A stretch of DNA of 64,000 nt from an uncultured Planctomycetota bacterium (GTDB taxonomy: Bacteria; Planctomycetota; Planctomycetia; Isosphaerales; Isosphaeraceae), in the NCBI GenBank assembly GCA_963823665.1, contig CAWGMQ010000005.1, positions 480,001 through 544,000 of the forward strand. The letters are read 5' to 3'. A program made the position numbers and the translations under genes. Shown in pieces: positions 23,531 to 33,900 of the stretch. Position 1 is the stretch's first letter. Every line of letters starts with the position of its first letter. A model generated the notes under the pieces. It ran no database searches and was not told the DNA's origin. It saw only the letters and a list, made by a program, of their open reading frames with translations.

Positions 23531-23984
23531 CGGGTGGAATGAGCGGTACTCTGCAAAAAGGGGTCAAAATAGTAAAACCTGTTTGCGTCAACGGCCAGGC
23601 TATTCGAGCACTGGCCTGAATTGACCGCATTTACCGAGCGATTGGGTGGCAAATCGCGACCGACCGAGTCCTTCAGCCGGGATTCCGCAACGCGGCCAAA
23701 GAATGACGGCCTCTCCGCGAAGGTGCATCGCCCGCCTTTCAATCGCACCGCGCCGTCTCTAGACAGCGTGCCGATCACCACCCCAGCCAAGCGAATCCCT
23801 ATACGATAGACACGAACGTTTTCGCCGGATCCGTGGTGCGCATCCAGAATCGTCCAAGCGATCCAGTGCGGCTCGCTCGCGAGGCCGTCACCGCCGTTGA
23901 CCGGCGCGGGCAACCGTCCCGATTCCGACAAGGCTCGAAATCCTTCGACGACCGGATCGACGACCCAGGAGAATTCCGATCCCA

Positions 23985-24200
23985 TGCCAATCAGCTACTG
24001 CCTGATCCCCGACGCCTCGGGCACCCGCCTCCTGCTCAAGAGCGGCCCAGAGGGTTGGACGCTGTCGGCCGTCGAGCATGACTACGGCTGGTTCGCGCAT
24101 GAAGCGGTCGCGGTGGCCCGCCAGCTCGGCGATCGCCTTGGCATCCGGCTGGTGGCCCTGCGCGAAGTCGAGGAGGCGGGCCTGCACCTCTGCGAGCTAG
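23985..24200 (+). pseudogene. N-terminal fragment of an aminoglycoside-phosphotransferase-like gene
   Basis: MPISYCLIPDASGTRLLLKSGPEGWTL...; shares a 110-bp repeat with the APH remnant at 25.2 kb. Confidence 0.45.
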
Positions 24201-24363
24201 TGAATGTCGCGAACCGTAGCGATCGAGAATCGGACGACGGGCGTCACACCGGACCCTCGGCGCGACTGGTTTGCGCACTGGAAATCGCGAACGGCATAGT
24301 CCGGCTAAGTGTCGTCGTATAGAATCGGAATATGAGACCTTTGTCGGATCTGGAGCCAGCGCG

Positions 24364-24783
24364 CTGAACCGGGCAGAATTGCGCAGACTCACCGAAGATC
24401 GTGTGCTTGACGCGGAGGCGCTGCTGAAGGAAGGTCGGTGGTCCGGTGCTTATTACCTTGCGGGCTACGCGGTCGAATGCGGACTCAAGGCCTGCGTGCT
24501 CGCGTTTGTCGAACGGACCGGCATAATATTCCAGGACAAGAAGTTTCTCGACAAATGCTGGACGCATGATGTCGAGGTACTCGTCAGGGCCGCGGACCTT
24601 GAGGTGACCCGTGGCCTCGACGTGTCCGCAAACCCAAACTTGGGTGCCAACTGGCTAATCGTCAGAGAGTGGAGCGAGTTGGCCCGCTATCAGCAATTCG
24701 CTGAGCCGGAGGCACGCGAACTTTACGAGGCGGTCACAGAGGCCGCGAACGGGGTGCTACCATGGGTCAAAGTACATTGGTGA
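24364..24783 (+). CDS. HEPN domain protein
   Basis: DAEALL..GRWSGAYYLAGYAVECGLKA, WTHD, WSELARY; probable CTG start at 24364. Confidence 0.8.
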   Translation: MNRAELRRLTEDRVLDAEALLKEGRWSGAYYLAGYAVECGLKACVLAFVERTGIIFQDKKFLDKCWTHDVEVLVRAADLEVTRGLDVSANPNLGANWLIVREWSELARYQQFAEPEARELYEAVTEAANGVLPWVKVHW

Positions 24784-25166
24784 TCGATGACGGCGAGAAG
24801 GATGCTGGAGAGGAGCTGGTCCACCGAATCAGCGAAACCTGGCCCGTCAAATTAGCGTTTTGGCTCAAACCGGCTGACGGCGACCAATGGTTTCTCTACA
24901 TCGTTGCCGAGGGAATTGACGACTCGATTATCCATCAGGGATACAAGGAGGTCCTTCGGCGGGTCCAGGAGATGCGGACTCCTTACTTCGACCCCTTCCA
25001 GGTGAAATTAATCCGCGGCGACCATCCACTCGCGCTTGCCGTGGCGGAAGTACTCCAGCGCTACCCCGTAGATTCGGCCATTAATTACAATGGGCGCTAC
25101 CTCGGAGGCATGAGCATTGAAGGCGCCTATATCTACCGCTTGCCGCACGTATCGCCAGCGTCCTGA
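24762..25166 (+). CDS. Hypothetical partner of the HEPN protein (putative antitoxin)
   Basis: Overlaps the HEPN stop; 134 aa, PVKLAFWL..WFLYIV..IEGAYIYRL. Confidence 0.6.
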   Translation: MGQSTLVIDDGEKDAGEELVHRISETWPVKLAFWLKPADGDQWFLYIVAEGIDDSIIHQGYKEVLRRVQEMRTPYFDPFQVKLIRGDHPLALAVAEVLQRYPVDSAINYNGRYLGGMSIEGAYIYRLPHVSPAS

Positions 25167-25200
25167 TCGAACCTCGGGCTCACGGCAGATAGTTGATCCG

Positions 25201-25670
25201 CATGCCGACGGATGGCTCGCGCAGGAAGCGGTCGCGGTGGCCCGCCAGCTCGGCGATCGCCTTGGCATCAAGCTGGTGGCCCTGCGCGAAGTTGAGGAGG
25301 CGGGCCTGCATCGTCATATGATTGGAGCGACACGGTCGTTTCGCACCCGTTCTTCAGCGCCTGCCGATTCCTCGAATACGTCGAGAGCGGAGGCGGGAGT
25401 GCAAGTCGAAGGCGGGGACGCAGGCTGCCGACGCCGGTGCGGCATAGACGGCTCCGAGACGCCTATCTGGACGTCTGGGCGGAATATGCTTCACGCGATC
25501 GACTGCGCGCGGTCTTCCGCCAGGCTCAGCGGCTGAACCCCCTCTACCAGGCAATCCGTTGGCACCTCGAGCTGCCCTACTGCGAGCCCGGTTCGCCTTG
25601 GTGGCGGAACGTGCTGTCCTCGGTGACCGAGTCGCTCCAAGAACTGCTGAAGCAACAAGCCGGCGCGTGA
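25201..25670 (+). pseudogene. Internally deleted APH/choline-kinase-family gene
   Basis: N-terminal repeat jumps directly to YDWSDTVVSHPFF...RLRDAYLDVW; HGD catalytic loop absent. Confidence 0.6.
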
Positions 25671-25675
25671 CCGGA

Positions 25676-25900
25676 AGCCCATAGTAGGCGCTGCTCCGGC
25701 AACCAGCGCGACGGGAAAGCTGCGATGGAACCTCGGCCAACGGTTCACATCCCCCTGAACGACAATCGCCCGGGTCACCGACCGAGTCCGAGACTCGCCA
25801 GGTCTCGCTCCGCAACGGTCCGGCCGGCGCGATGATGATCTCGACGGCGTGTCGCGGGTTGGAGCTGTCTCGCCGAGATCTCGACGATCGTGGCGCCTGA
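25676..25900 (-). pseudogene. Degraded paralogous remnant of the 3' part of the 21075..21838 gene
   Basis: CAGCGCGACGGGAAAGCT...TCCCCCTGAACGACAATCGCCC.GGTCACCGACCG matches 21105-21186, with internal deletions. Confidence 0.75.
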
Positions 25901-25992
25901 TGCCGAAAAGCCGGAGAATGCGCGTTCCCGCGCGAGCTTGCCACACCACGAGCGCCGTCTAACTTGAGGAGGGTGCTGAATTCCTCTCAGCA

Positions 25993-26550
25993 ATGGAGTA
26001 TCCTCATCGATCAGTTCGGAAACCTCCGAACTCGACGGGGCTGCGGCTCGTGAAGCTGACGTCAGTGAGCCTACTCGAACGGCTGAAGGTCGCACGGCCG
26101 GATGCGTCCGACTGGAACCGGCTTCACGGGGTGTATCAGCCCCTCATTCAGAGTTGGGTCAGTCGTGTTCCGGGCCTGGGAGAGGAGTCCATCGACTTGG
26201 CCCAGGAGGTGCTCATCGTCGTTTTTCGCGAAGTTCCGCGCTTCGACCGGCGTCACGAAGGCTCATTCCGAGCCTGGCTTCGGCAAGTAACCATCAACAG
26301 AGTCCGTCACTACTGTAGGGAGCGCCGGCGCCGGCCCACCGTCGGGACCGACGCGGCAAACAAGTTTCTCGAGCAGCTTTCTGACCCGAGCAATGCCCTG
26401 CCCGCCGGCAACAGGTCTCCGAGCTCTCGGCCGACAGCTTCCTCGGCCGCGTCCGCGAAGCGCAGGACCCCGCCCCACGTTCAAGGGCCCCGCGCCGGAG
26501 TCGACCCGGCAGCCTCCGCCGGCCAGCCGTCAGCCACCGGGCCATCTAGC
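25993..26550 (+). pseudogene. Truncated ECF sigma factor joined to a kinase N-terminal remnant
   Basis: TSVSLLERLKVARPD...EGSFRAWLR (paralog of 30243 ECF) lacks region 4; another frame then reads EQCPARRQQVSELSADSFLGRVREAQ, like the 30940 kinase N-terminus. Confidence 0.75.
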
Positions 26551-26861
26551 CTCTTCGCCAAGCCCGCCGCTGACGACTGCTGGAAGCGAGGCACTCAGCG
26601 CAACCACCGCCGTCGAGCCAACCGTTCCTGGGGTGCGGTGGGAAAGCCTGATCGCGACGGGCGAGCCACATCGGCTGGAGACCCAAGAGCATCACACCTC
26701 ACCAGCGGATCCGATACCCTCCCGATGGGCGACGGACGAGACCGCTCCACCCATCCCGCCGCGAAGCCGCTTCGTCCAAGCTTTAGAAATCCTTCAAATC
26801 GGAATCGCCGAGCGGATCACATTTAACTCACGACTTTAAAAGCCTTTGCGTCCGGTTGGGC

Positions 26862-26910
26862 CGCCTGGTGTGCAAGCAGGAGGTTGCCGGTTCGATCCCG
26901 GTCGTCTCCA
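26862..26910 (+). tRNA. 3' fragment (or pseudogene) of tRNA-Ala(TGC); candidate att site
   Basis: TGCAAGCAGGAGGTTGCCGGTTCGATCCCGGTCGTCTCCA = anticodon TGC, variable loop, T-arm with TTCGATC and acceptor 3' strand; no matching 5' acceptor strand upstream. Confidence 0.8.
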
Positions 26911-26911
26911 T

Positions 26912-29307
26912 TCATCTCACAATCAACTGAACACGGCGGTCCGGGTCCTCGGCCTTCTCCGGCGGCGCCAGCAATTTGTCGAGCCGCCGCTGATGGGCGC
27001 TGACCAGGTACCGAGCGTCAGAATTGTTGGGATCGAGCGCAAGTGCGCGATGCGCCGACTCCAGGGCCAGCCTGAGGTTTTTCATGATTCCCGGTAGGTC
27101 ATCGGTCCGCCAGGCGTTCTTGTTCAAGTTGATATAAGCCTCACTGAGCGCCAGGTGCGAGCTGGGAATATCGGGGAACCGCTCGACGAGGAGCTTTCCC
27201 AGCGCGAGCATGCGTTCCACTGTTACCTGGGCGTCGTCGATCTTGCCCAGCTTTCGCTGTTCCGCGGCGACGAGAAGGAAATGGCGGTTCAGGCACAAAC
27301 CGGCCGCGCATTGGAATGAAGGCGCGGCGTTGGGCTTGCCCCGCGATCGCAGGGCCCTGAATGCGAGTTCGGCCCACGCCCGAGTGGGCAGGAGACCGGC
27401 TCGGGCGGTTGCCACGTGACGCAACGCGTCAGATGCGTCTGTGCGGTCGACCGGCGCCAGACCGAGGGGCTCGGGAGACGAAGACGCGCTGAAGTGATCA
27501 ACGTCCAGTTCGACGAACACGCGCCAGCTCACAACATCGGGACTATCGAGATTGCCGTCAGGCACTTTCTCGAACAACTGCCGGTTTAGTGCGATCAGTG
27601 ATCGCGCTTCTTCGCCTTGACTACGACTAACCAGGAGCGTTGCCAAACAGTAGCGCGTTCCCGCCAGGATGCCCATGGCTTCACCATCAGGCCAAACGCG
27701 CGCCAGTTCCTCGCTCGCGACGAGGGCTTGGCGCAAGAGAATCTCCTCATCGTTCAGATGCTGGTGCTCGCCCACCTCAGCGCGGCCGCGAAGTGCCCAG
27801 ATCTGGCTGATCCGCCCCGCGCGGTCGAGTGGGGCCAACCGGCTGAGTTTCTCCCAGTTGCCCACCGACTCGTCCAGAATAAATCGTGCGTCATCCCATC
27901 GCCCGGCTTGGACGAGACAGTAGCCCAAGCGTTTGTCGACGACGGCGAGTTGGCGAGCGATAACCGGAAGATCAGGCCGCCTCACGACGATTCCAAGGAG
28001 TCGGTTTCTCGTTTCTTCCAGAGCTCGAAGAAGCGTCGTTTGATCAAAGCCTTCCGCCAGCAACGGATTGGTCGCGCTCCATTCGACAGCTTGACTCAGC
28101 ACCTCGCACGTCGTCTGGAAGTCAGCCATCGCGTTCTTTCGCTCGGCCTCGGCGAGCCTCCAGAGCATGACGACAGCGACAAATCCCACAGAGAGCGTCA
28201 GCGCCAGACACCCGGCGAGGCCGGCAACGACTGGACGCCGGCGGATCCAGCGCCAGAGGTGTTCGGGCTTCGAGACGGCGCGGGCCGAGATTGGGTGCCC
28301 GTCAAGAAAACGGCAAAGGTCCGCGGCGAGGGCCTCAGCCGAAGAGTAGCGCCGGCCAGCGTCTTTCTCGAGGCACTTCAGACAGATGGTTTCGAGGTCA
28401 CGAGGAATCGACGGGTTGAGCCTTCGTGGTGGCATCGGTTCGTCTGAAAGAACGCGACGGATCGTTTCGGCGTCGCTATCCGAAAGGAAGGGTGGCCTGC
28501 CGGCGAGCAACTCGTAGAGGATCACGCCCAACGCGTAGATGTCAGCGGCCGGACCCAGTGCCAAACGCCGCCCGTCGAGCTGCTCGGGAGCCATGTACAG
28601 CAGGGTGCCCTGACCAGCCCCGTTCGAACCACTGGCGCTGGCGTCGTCCCGCGATCGAGCGATCCCAAAGTCGCTGAGCTTGAGGGCGCGCGGTCGAGGG
28701 GCGTCTCCGGCGGGGCGTCGATCAAGATATTGGCCGGCTTGAGGTCGAGGTGCCAGACCCCCGCGCGGTGAAGCTGCTCCAGGGCACCGGCGACAGGCAC
28801 GAGCAGTGTCGCCGCGACTCGAGGCGACGCCGGTCCGGTCAATCGCTCTTTCAGGCTGCCCCCGGCCAGATATTCCAGCACGATGTAGAGCCAGCCGTCG
28901 GCCTCGTCCACGTGGTAGAGCTGGACGATGTGGGGATGGCGCACCCGGGCGGCAGCCCGCGCCTCCTTGAGCCAGCGATCGCGGTCACGAGGAGCCGCGA
29001 AGGGGCCGCTCGACAAAAACTTCACCGCAACCTCGCGGTCCGGGTGGAGCTCCCGCGCCAGGAAAACCACCCCCATCCCGCCACGGCCCAGCTCGCGCTC
29101 GATTGTAAAGCCGGGGATTCGCGGCAGCTTATCCGGATCGACCGCGACGCGACCATCGCCCGGCGCTTCTCCGGCCGCGAGCCCGTCCAGGACGTCCTGA
29201 CAGAACCGGCAATGGTTGATGTGTGCATCGATGGCGAGGTCCGTCGAGCCTCCCGGCAGACCGGCGCCGATGCGACTAAGGACGTGGAAAGGAGGGCAGG
29301 ATGCCAT
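26912..29307 (-). CDS. Membrane Ser/Thr kinase with N-terminal HxxxCxxC motif and TPR-like C-terminus; frameshift ~28687
   Basis: HINHCRFC, LGRGGMGVV, HLDLKPAN, then LKLSDFGIAR..GTLLYMAPE in the next frame; TM segment. Confidence 0.88.
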
Positions 29308-29403
29308 CGTCGATGACCTCCGGGGTCGCCAGGCCCCACGCCAACCGCGCCGCTGCGGGCGGGAAAGGGGTGCCGCAATCACCGAAAAGGAATACGCCTC
29401 GTC

Positions 29404-30009
29404 TCAGCGGGTCTCGCTACGTCTCCGTTCGACGTCGATCATCCCACTCACGCGTTTGAAGGAGCGGTAGACGGTCGTGTATTCCCGGTTGAGCGACCTG
29501 GCCACGTCGGCAATCGGCTGGCCCTCGATTGCGACCAAGCAAAAGACCTCCCAGCTCGCCGGCGCGACACGCGCCCGCACGGCCCCTTGGACCGCCTCGG
29601 CCCGAGCGAGCATCACGGCGATCTCGGGATCGGAGGGCTCGTCCGCGTCGTGTTCGGGTAGGCTCACGTCGATCGCGACTTCGTCGGTCATTGGCCATTC
29701 GATCCAGGGGGAACGCGATTCCCGGCGCAGATCCCGGATGCGGCTATGGAAAAAAGTGAACAACCAGGAACGGAACCGGCGGCCGGGGTCGTATCGGAAC
29801 CTTCGGATCGCGGAGGCAAGCTTGAACCAGACCTGCTGGCAGCAGTCGTCCGCAGACGCACCAACGAGGCCGTATGTTCGGCAGACCGCGCGGAGGTGGG
29901 GCTCGTAGCGAATCACGAATCGTTGCCACGCCTCGGCATCCCCCCAGTCGCGGACCCGCTCCAGAAGTTGCGGATCCGTCGTGCGGTCGTGCATTGGTGC
30001 GTGGTCCAT
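29404..30009 (-). CDS. ECF sigma-70 factor
   Basis: TTDPQLLERVRDWGDAEAWQRF, FRYDPGRRFRSWL, region 4 HTH; upstream of a kinase. Confidence 0.88.
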   Translation of the reverse strand: MDHAPMHDRTTDPQLLERVRDWGDAEAWQRFVIRYEPHLRAVCRTYGLVGASADDCCQQVWFKLASAIRRFRYDPGRRFRSWLFTFFHSRIRDLRRESRSPWIEWPMTDEVAIDVSLPEHDADEPSDPEIAVMLARAEAVQGAVRARVAPASWEVFCLVAIEGQPIADVARSLNREYTTVYRSFKRVSGMIDVERRRSETR

Positions 30010-30242
30010 ACCCGCGGACTCCCAGCCCGACGCGGAGCTGACTTCGCCCCAAGGAAAACCCATCCGCCGTGTTCACCTCCACTCGTATGGCACCTCTGGG
30101 GGCCATGCGCGCGGAAGACGTGGCAACCTGATCGCATCGTACCCGGATCGAAATTCACGGGCAAGCGTGAGCCTTGGCGTGCGGCCTGTGAATTCTCTGT
30201 CCTGTTCGAGAATGTCGCGCTCCGTGATCAAACCTGAGGATC

Positions 30243-30842
30243 ATGCACGAACAACCACCCGTGAACCCGACTTCGGCCAGCCTGCTTGATCGACTCAGGG
30301 TCGCGCGGCCGGACGATCCTGAATGGGCCCGGCTGGCGGAGATTTATCAGCCGCTCATTCGCCGCTGGATCGGCCGTGCCCCTGGGCTCACGAACGACGC
30401 ATCCGACGTCACGCAGGAGGTTTTCCTGGTGATGGCTCGCGGGATCTCGACGTTCGAGCACAAGCGGGAAGGCTCATTTCGGGCGTGGGTCCGCGGGATC
30501 ACCGTCAATGTACTGCGGAATTACCGGAGGCGACAATTCCGGAAGCCCGCCATCGCGCTGGATCCGTGTGACGGTTTCCTTGACCGCCTTGCCGAGCCAG
30601 ATAGCGAGCTTGCCCGCGAGTGGGATCTCGACCACGACCGTCATATCTTTCAGAAGCTACAGGCGACCGTGCAGCCTGCGGTTGATCCGGCCACCTGGGA
30701 GGCGTTCCGCCGGTTCGCCATCGAAGGCCTGCCAGCAGCACAGGTCGCCGCGGAACTGGGCTTGACCGTCAACGCCGTGACCCTCGCCAAGTCACGCATC
30801 CTCAAACGGTTACGCGAAGAAGCGGGGGACCTTCTCAAGTGA
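30243..30842 (+). CDS. ECF sigma-70 factor
   Basis: TSASLLDRL, DASDVTQEVF, EGSFRAWVR, VAAELGLTVNAVTLAKSRILKRL. Confidence 0.92.
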   Translation: MHEQPPVNPTSASLLDRLRVARPDDPEWARLAEIYQPLIRRWIGRAPGLTNDASDVTQEVFLVMARGISTFEHKREGSFRAWVRGITVNVLRNYRRRQFRKPAIALDPCDGFLDRLAEPDSELAREWDLDHDRHIFQKLQATVQPAVDPATWEAFRRFAIEGLPAAQVAAELGLTVNAVTLAKSRILKRLREEAGDLLK

Positions 30843-30939
30843 ATTCTTTAAACCGAGACAGGTTGCGCAACTAGCGGACATTTCTTTCTTTAGTGAGTGA
30901 TCGCAAGTTCGGTAGCCGATTCGTCGCGGAAGGAGACTT

Positions 30940-33900
30940 GTGATGGGCAGCCACGCCTCGCTGCATCCAACAGAACAGACATTGAGCGATTTTAGCCTGG
31001 GCAAGCTCGACGACGGCCAGGTTGACGTGATCAACAACCATCTCCAAGAATGCTCCGACTGCCAGCGCCTGGTGGCCGAGATGTCGTCCGATAGTTTTCT
31101 CGGCCGGCTCCGTGGCGCGCAAGGTCAACCCAGCGCCACAGACAGTGGTAGTCGAGGGGCGATCATGAGCGAGGAGCCTGGGCACCAACCCAAGGCCGGC
31201 ACGCTCCCGCCGGACCTGGCCGATCACCCCGACTACGAGATCCTCCGCGAGCTCGGCCGCGGCGGCATGGGGGTCGTCTATCTCGCCCACAACCGCCTGA
31301 TGGGCCGCGACGAGGTCCTCAAGGTCGTCGGCAAGCACCTGATCGAACGGAAATCGGTCCTCGAGCGATTCAGCCGCGAGATCCGCTCTGCGGGGCGACT
31401 GATGCATCCCAATATCGTACACGCGTATTCCGCCTTTCGTTGCGGTGAGAGCGTCGTTTTCGCCATGGAATATGTCGACGGACTCGACCTCGCGAAACTC
31501 GTCAAGACCAAAGGGCCGATGTCGGTAGCGCACGCTTGTTACTTCGTTCATCAAGCCGCCCTCGGACTTCAGCACGCCCACGAGCAGGGAATGGTCCACC
31601 GCGACATCAAGCCAGGCAACCTGATGCTCACCCGCAAGGGAGACAAGGTGGTCGTCAAGGTACTGGATTTCGGTCTGGCCAAGGCGACCCGCGAAAGCCC
31701 ACTGGAAGGTGGTCTGACCCACGAGGGTCAAATGCTCGGCACGCCCGACTTCATCGCCCCGGAGCAGATCCGCGACGCTCAGTCCGCCGGCATCCAGGCC
31801 GATATCTACAGCCTCGGCTGCACGCTATATTACCTTTTGACGGGAGGTCCTCCGTTCGAAGCCACAAGTCTCTACGACTTGCTCCAGGCCCATTTTTCGA
31901 TGGACGCCCAGCCGCTGAACCTAGTGCGTCCGGAAGTCCCGGCCGAGCTCGCGGCGCTAGTCGCCAAGATGATGGCCAAAGACGCGGGACGCCGGTTTCA
32001 AACACCAGCCGAAGTCGCCGAGGCACTCAAACCGTTCTTCAAGAAGGCGGGCGCGACTGCGAAGCCCGAGGTTTCAACGCTCGAGCAGCCTGGCCCCAGA
32101 GCCGAGAGAATTCAGAACCTTTCCACGGTGACCGACCCGGCGATCAAGACGCCTCGACCGCCGAAGGGATCGCGGGATTCGCTCTCGTCGGTCTCGAAGA
32201 CGGAATTGCCGGTGCCTCGCTTGCTCACTCAGCCCGAGCAAGCAGCCGAACCTGGCGAACTCGTCCCCGCAGTCGGATCCGCCAGTCGTCCACGGTGGAA
32301 CTCGTGGCCGATGCTCGCAGCGGCCGGCGACTTTCGGCTGTGTCATGCTCGGGATCATCATCATTGTCATTGCGAATAAGGGTGTCCTGACGGTAGAAAC
32401 TGCCAACGGCAAATCGACCATAACCATTGAAGACATGAACCAGCAGTCCGCGGGCTCGCTCCCACCTTCGAGCGATGCCGCCAATTCCACAGCGACCAAG
32501 TCGGCGTCGCCGCCCGAGACTTCCCGACCCTCCGCCGAGCCGGTAGCGGATGTCCGGCGCCCCGATACGGCGCCTGCGGCAGAGAAAACGGCGCCCATGG
32601 ATGAGGCTAAGACGCCAACGATCGGTGCATCAGGCGCCGGTCTTACCTCGGGAACGCAGGTGCGCCCGCAGAAGCCGGCGGTTGAGACCAACTCGATCGG
32701 TATGAAGCTAGCGCCGATCCTGGCCGGCGAATTCGACATGGGTTCGTCCGATGACGACAAGGATGCCAGTCTAAACGAAAAGCCGCAGCACCGGGTGCGG
32801 ATCAGCCCATTCTACATGGGAGTGACCGAGGTCACGCAGGCCCAATACGAGGCGGTGATGGGTACAAATCCGAGCGGCTGCGCGTCGACGGGCTATCACA
32901 GGGAGGCGTGCGCCGGACGGTCGACGAGCGAGCATCCAGTCGAGACGGTTTCGTGGTGGGACGCGATCCGGTTCTGCAACGCCTTGAGCGCCAAGGAAGG
33001 TCTCACTCCCTATTACGAGACGAACGGGGAGAAGATGGAGATTCCGGACAGGAAGGGCCCCGGCTATCGGCTGCCGACCGAAGCGGAATGGGAATATGCC
33101 TGCCGGGCCCGGACGACGACGAGATACTTCTTCGGCAATGACCCATCATCCCTGGGTAAGTATGCATGGTTCGGCGAAGACGAGCGAGGGCCCACACACC
33201 CTGTCGGTGGGAAAGTTGCTAACGACTTCGGGCTGTGTGATATGTACGGTAACGTCGGGGAGTGGTGTTCCGATTGGTTCGATGCAGGTCACTATCTCAA
33301 TTCAACGCGGGTTGATCCGCTTGGTCCCCCCGCGTCAGAGTGGCGAGTGAGGCGCGGAGGCAGCCACGCCCACCCAGCCAAGGAGTGCCGGTCGGCGTGG
33401 CGTTCCCGGGAGGATTACAATTCCTGCCAGGGCTTTCGGGTGGTCCGAGGGCAGCCCACCCAGATCAAGAACCAAGCAGAGACCTCGCGGCGTGGCTCGT
33501 CGCCGCCCCAGGAATCGAAAACGTCGCTACAGGCGTCAATCGAGGCGAAGTCCGTCGCTTCAGCGGCGGAGAGGCCCAAGCCGAACTCACGGGAGCCTGA
33601 GGCGAATCTTGCTCAGACGCCACGCGGAGATTGGGCAAGTCCCACCTCGGGGATGGGCTTCGTGCGGATTAAGGGAGGCGAGTTCGACATGGGCTCGCCC
33701 GATGGCGATAAGGAAGCCTTCAACACCGAGAAGCCCCCACACCAGGTGCGGATCAGCCCGTTTTACCTGGGATTGACCGAGGTCACCCAGGCGCAATACC
33801 AGACGGTGACCGGGAAAAATCCGAGCCACTTCTCGGCAATGGGGGCCGGCAGAGACAAAGTCGTCGGCCAGGCGAGCACGCGGTATCCCGTAGAGAATAT

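Larger units (their letters stand above)
24077..25310 (+). repeat. 110-bp direct repeats (24077-24186 and 25201-25310, ~8 mismatches) flanking the HEPN pair
   Basis: GAAGCGGTCGCGGTGGCCCGCCAGCTCGGCGATCGCCTTGGCATC...GAGGAGGCGGGCCTGCA in both copies. Confidence 0.92.

Noticed and set aside
22072..23596. Defined terminal inverted repeats or target duplication for the IS
   Set aside because: Only weak similarity (GGCTGTGA vs GGCCGTTGA); cannot be supported by eye
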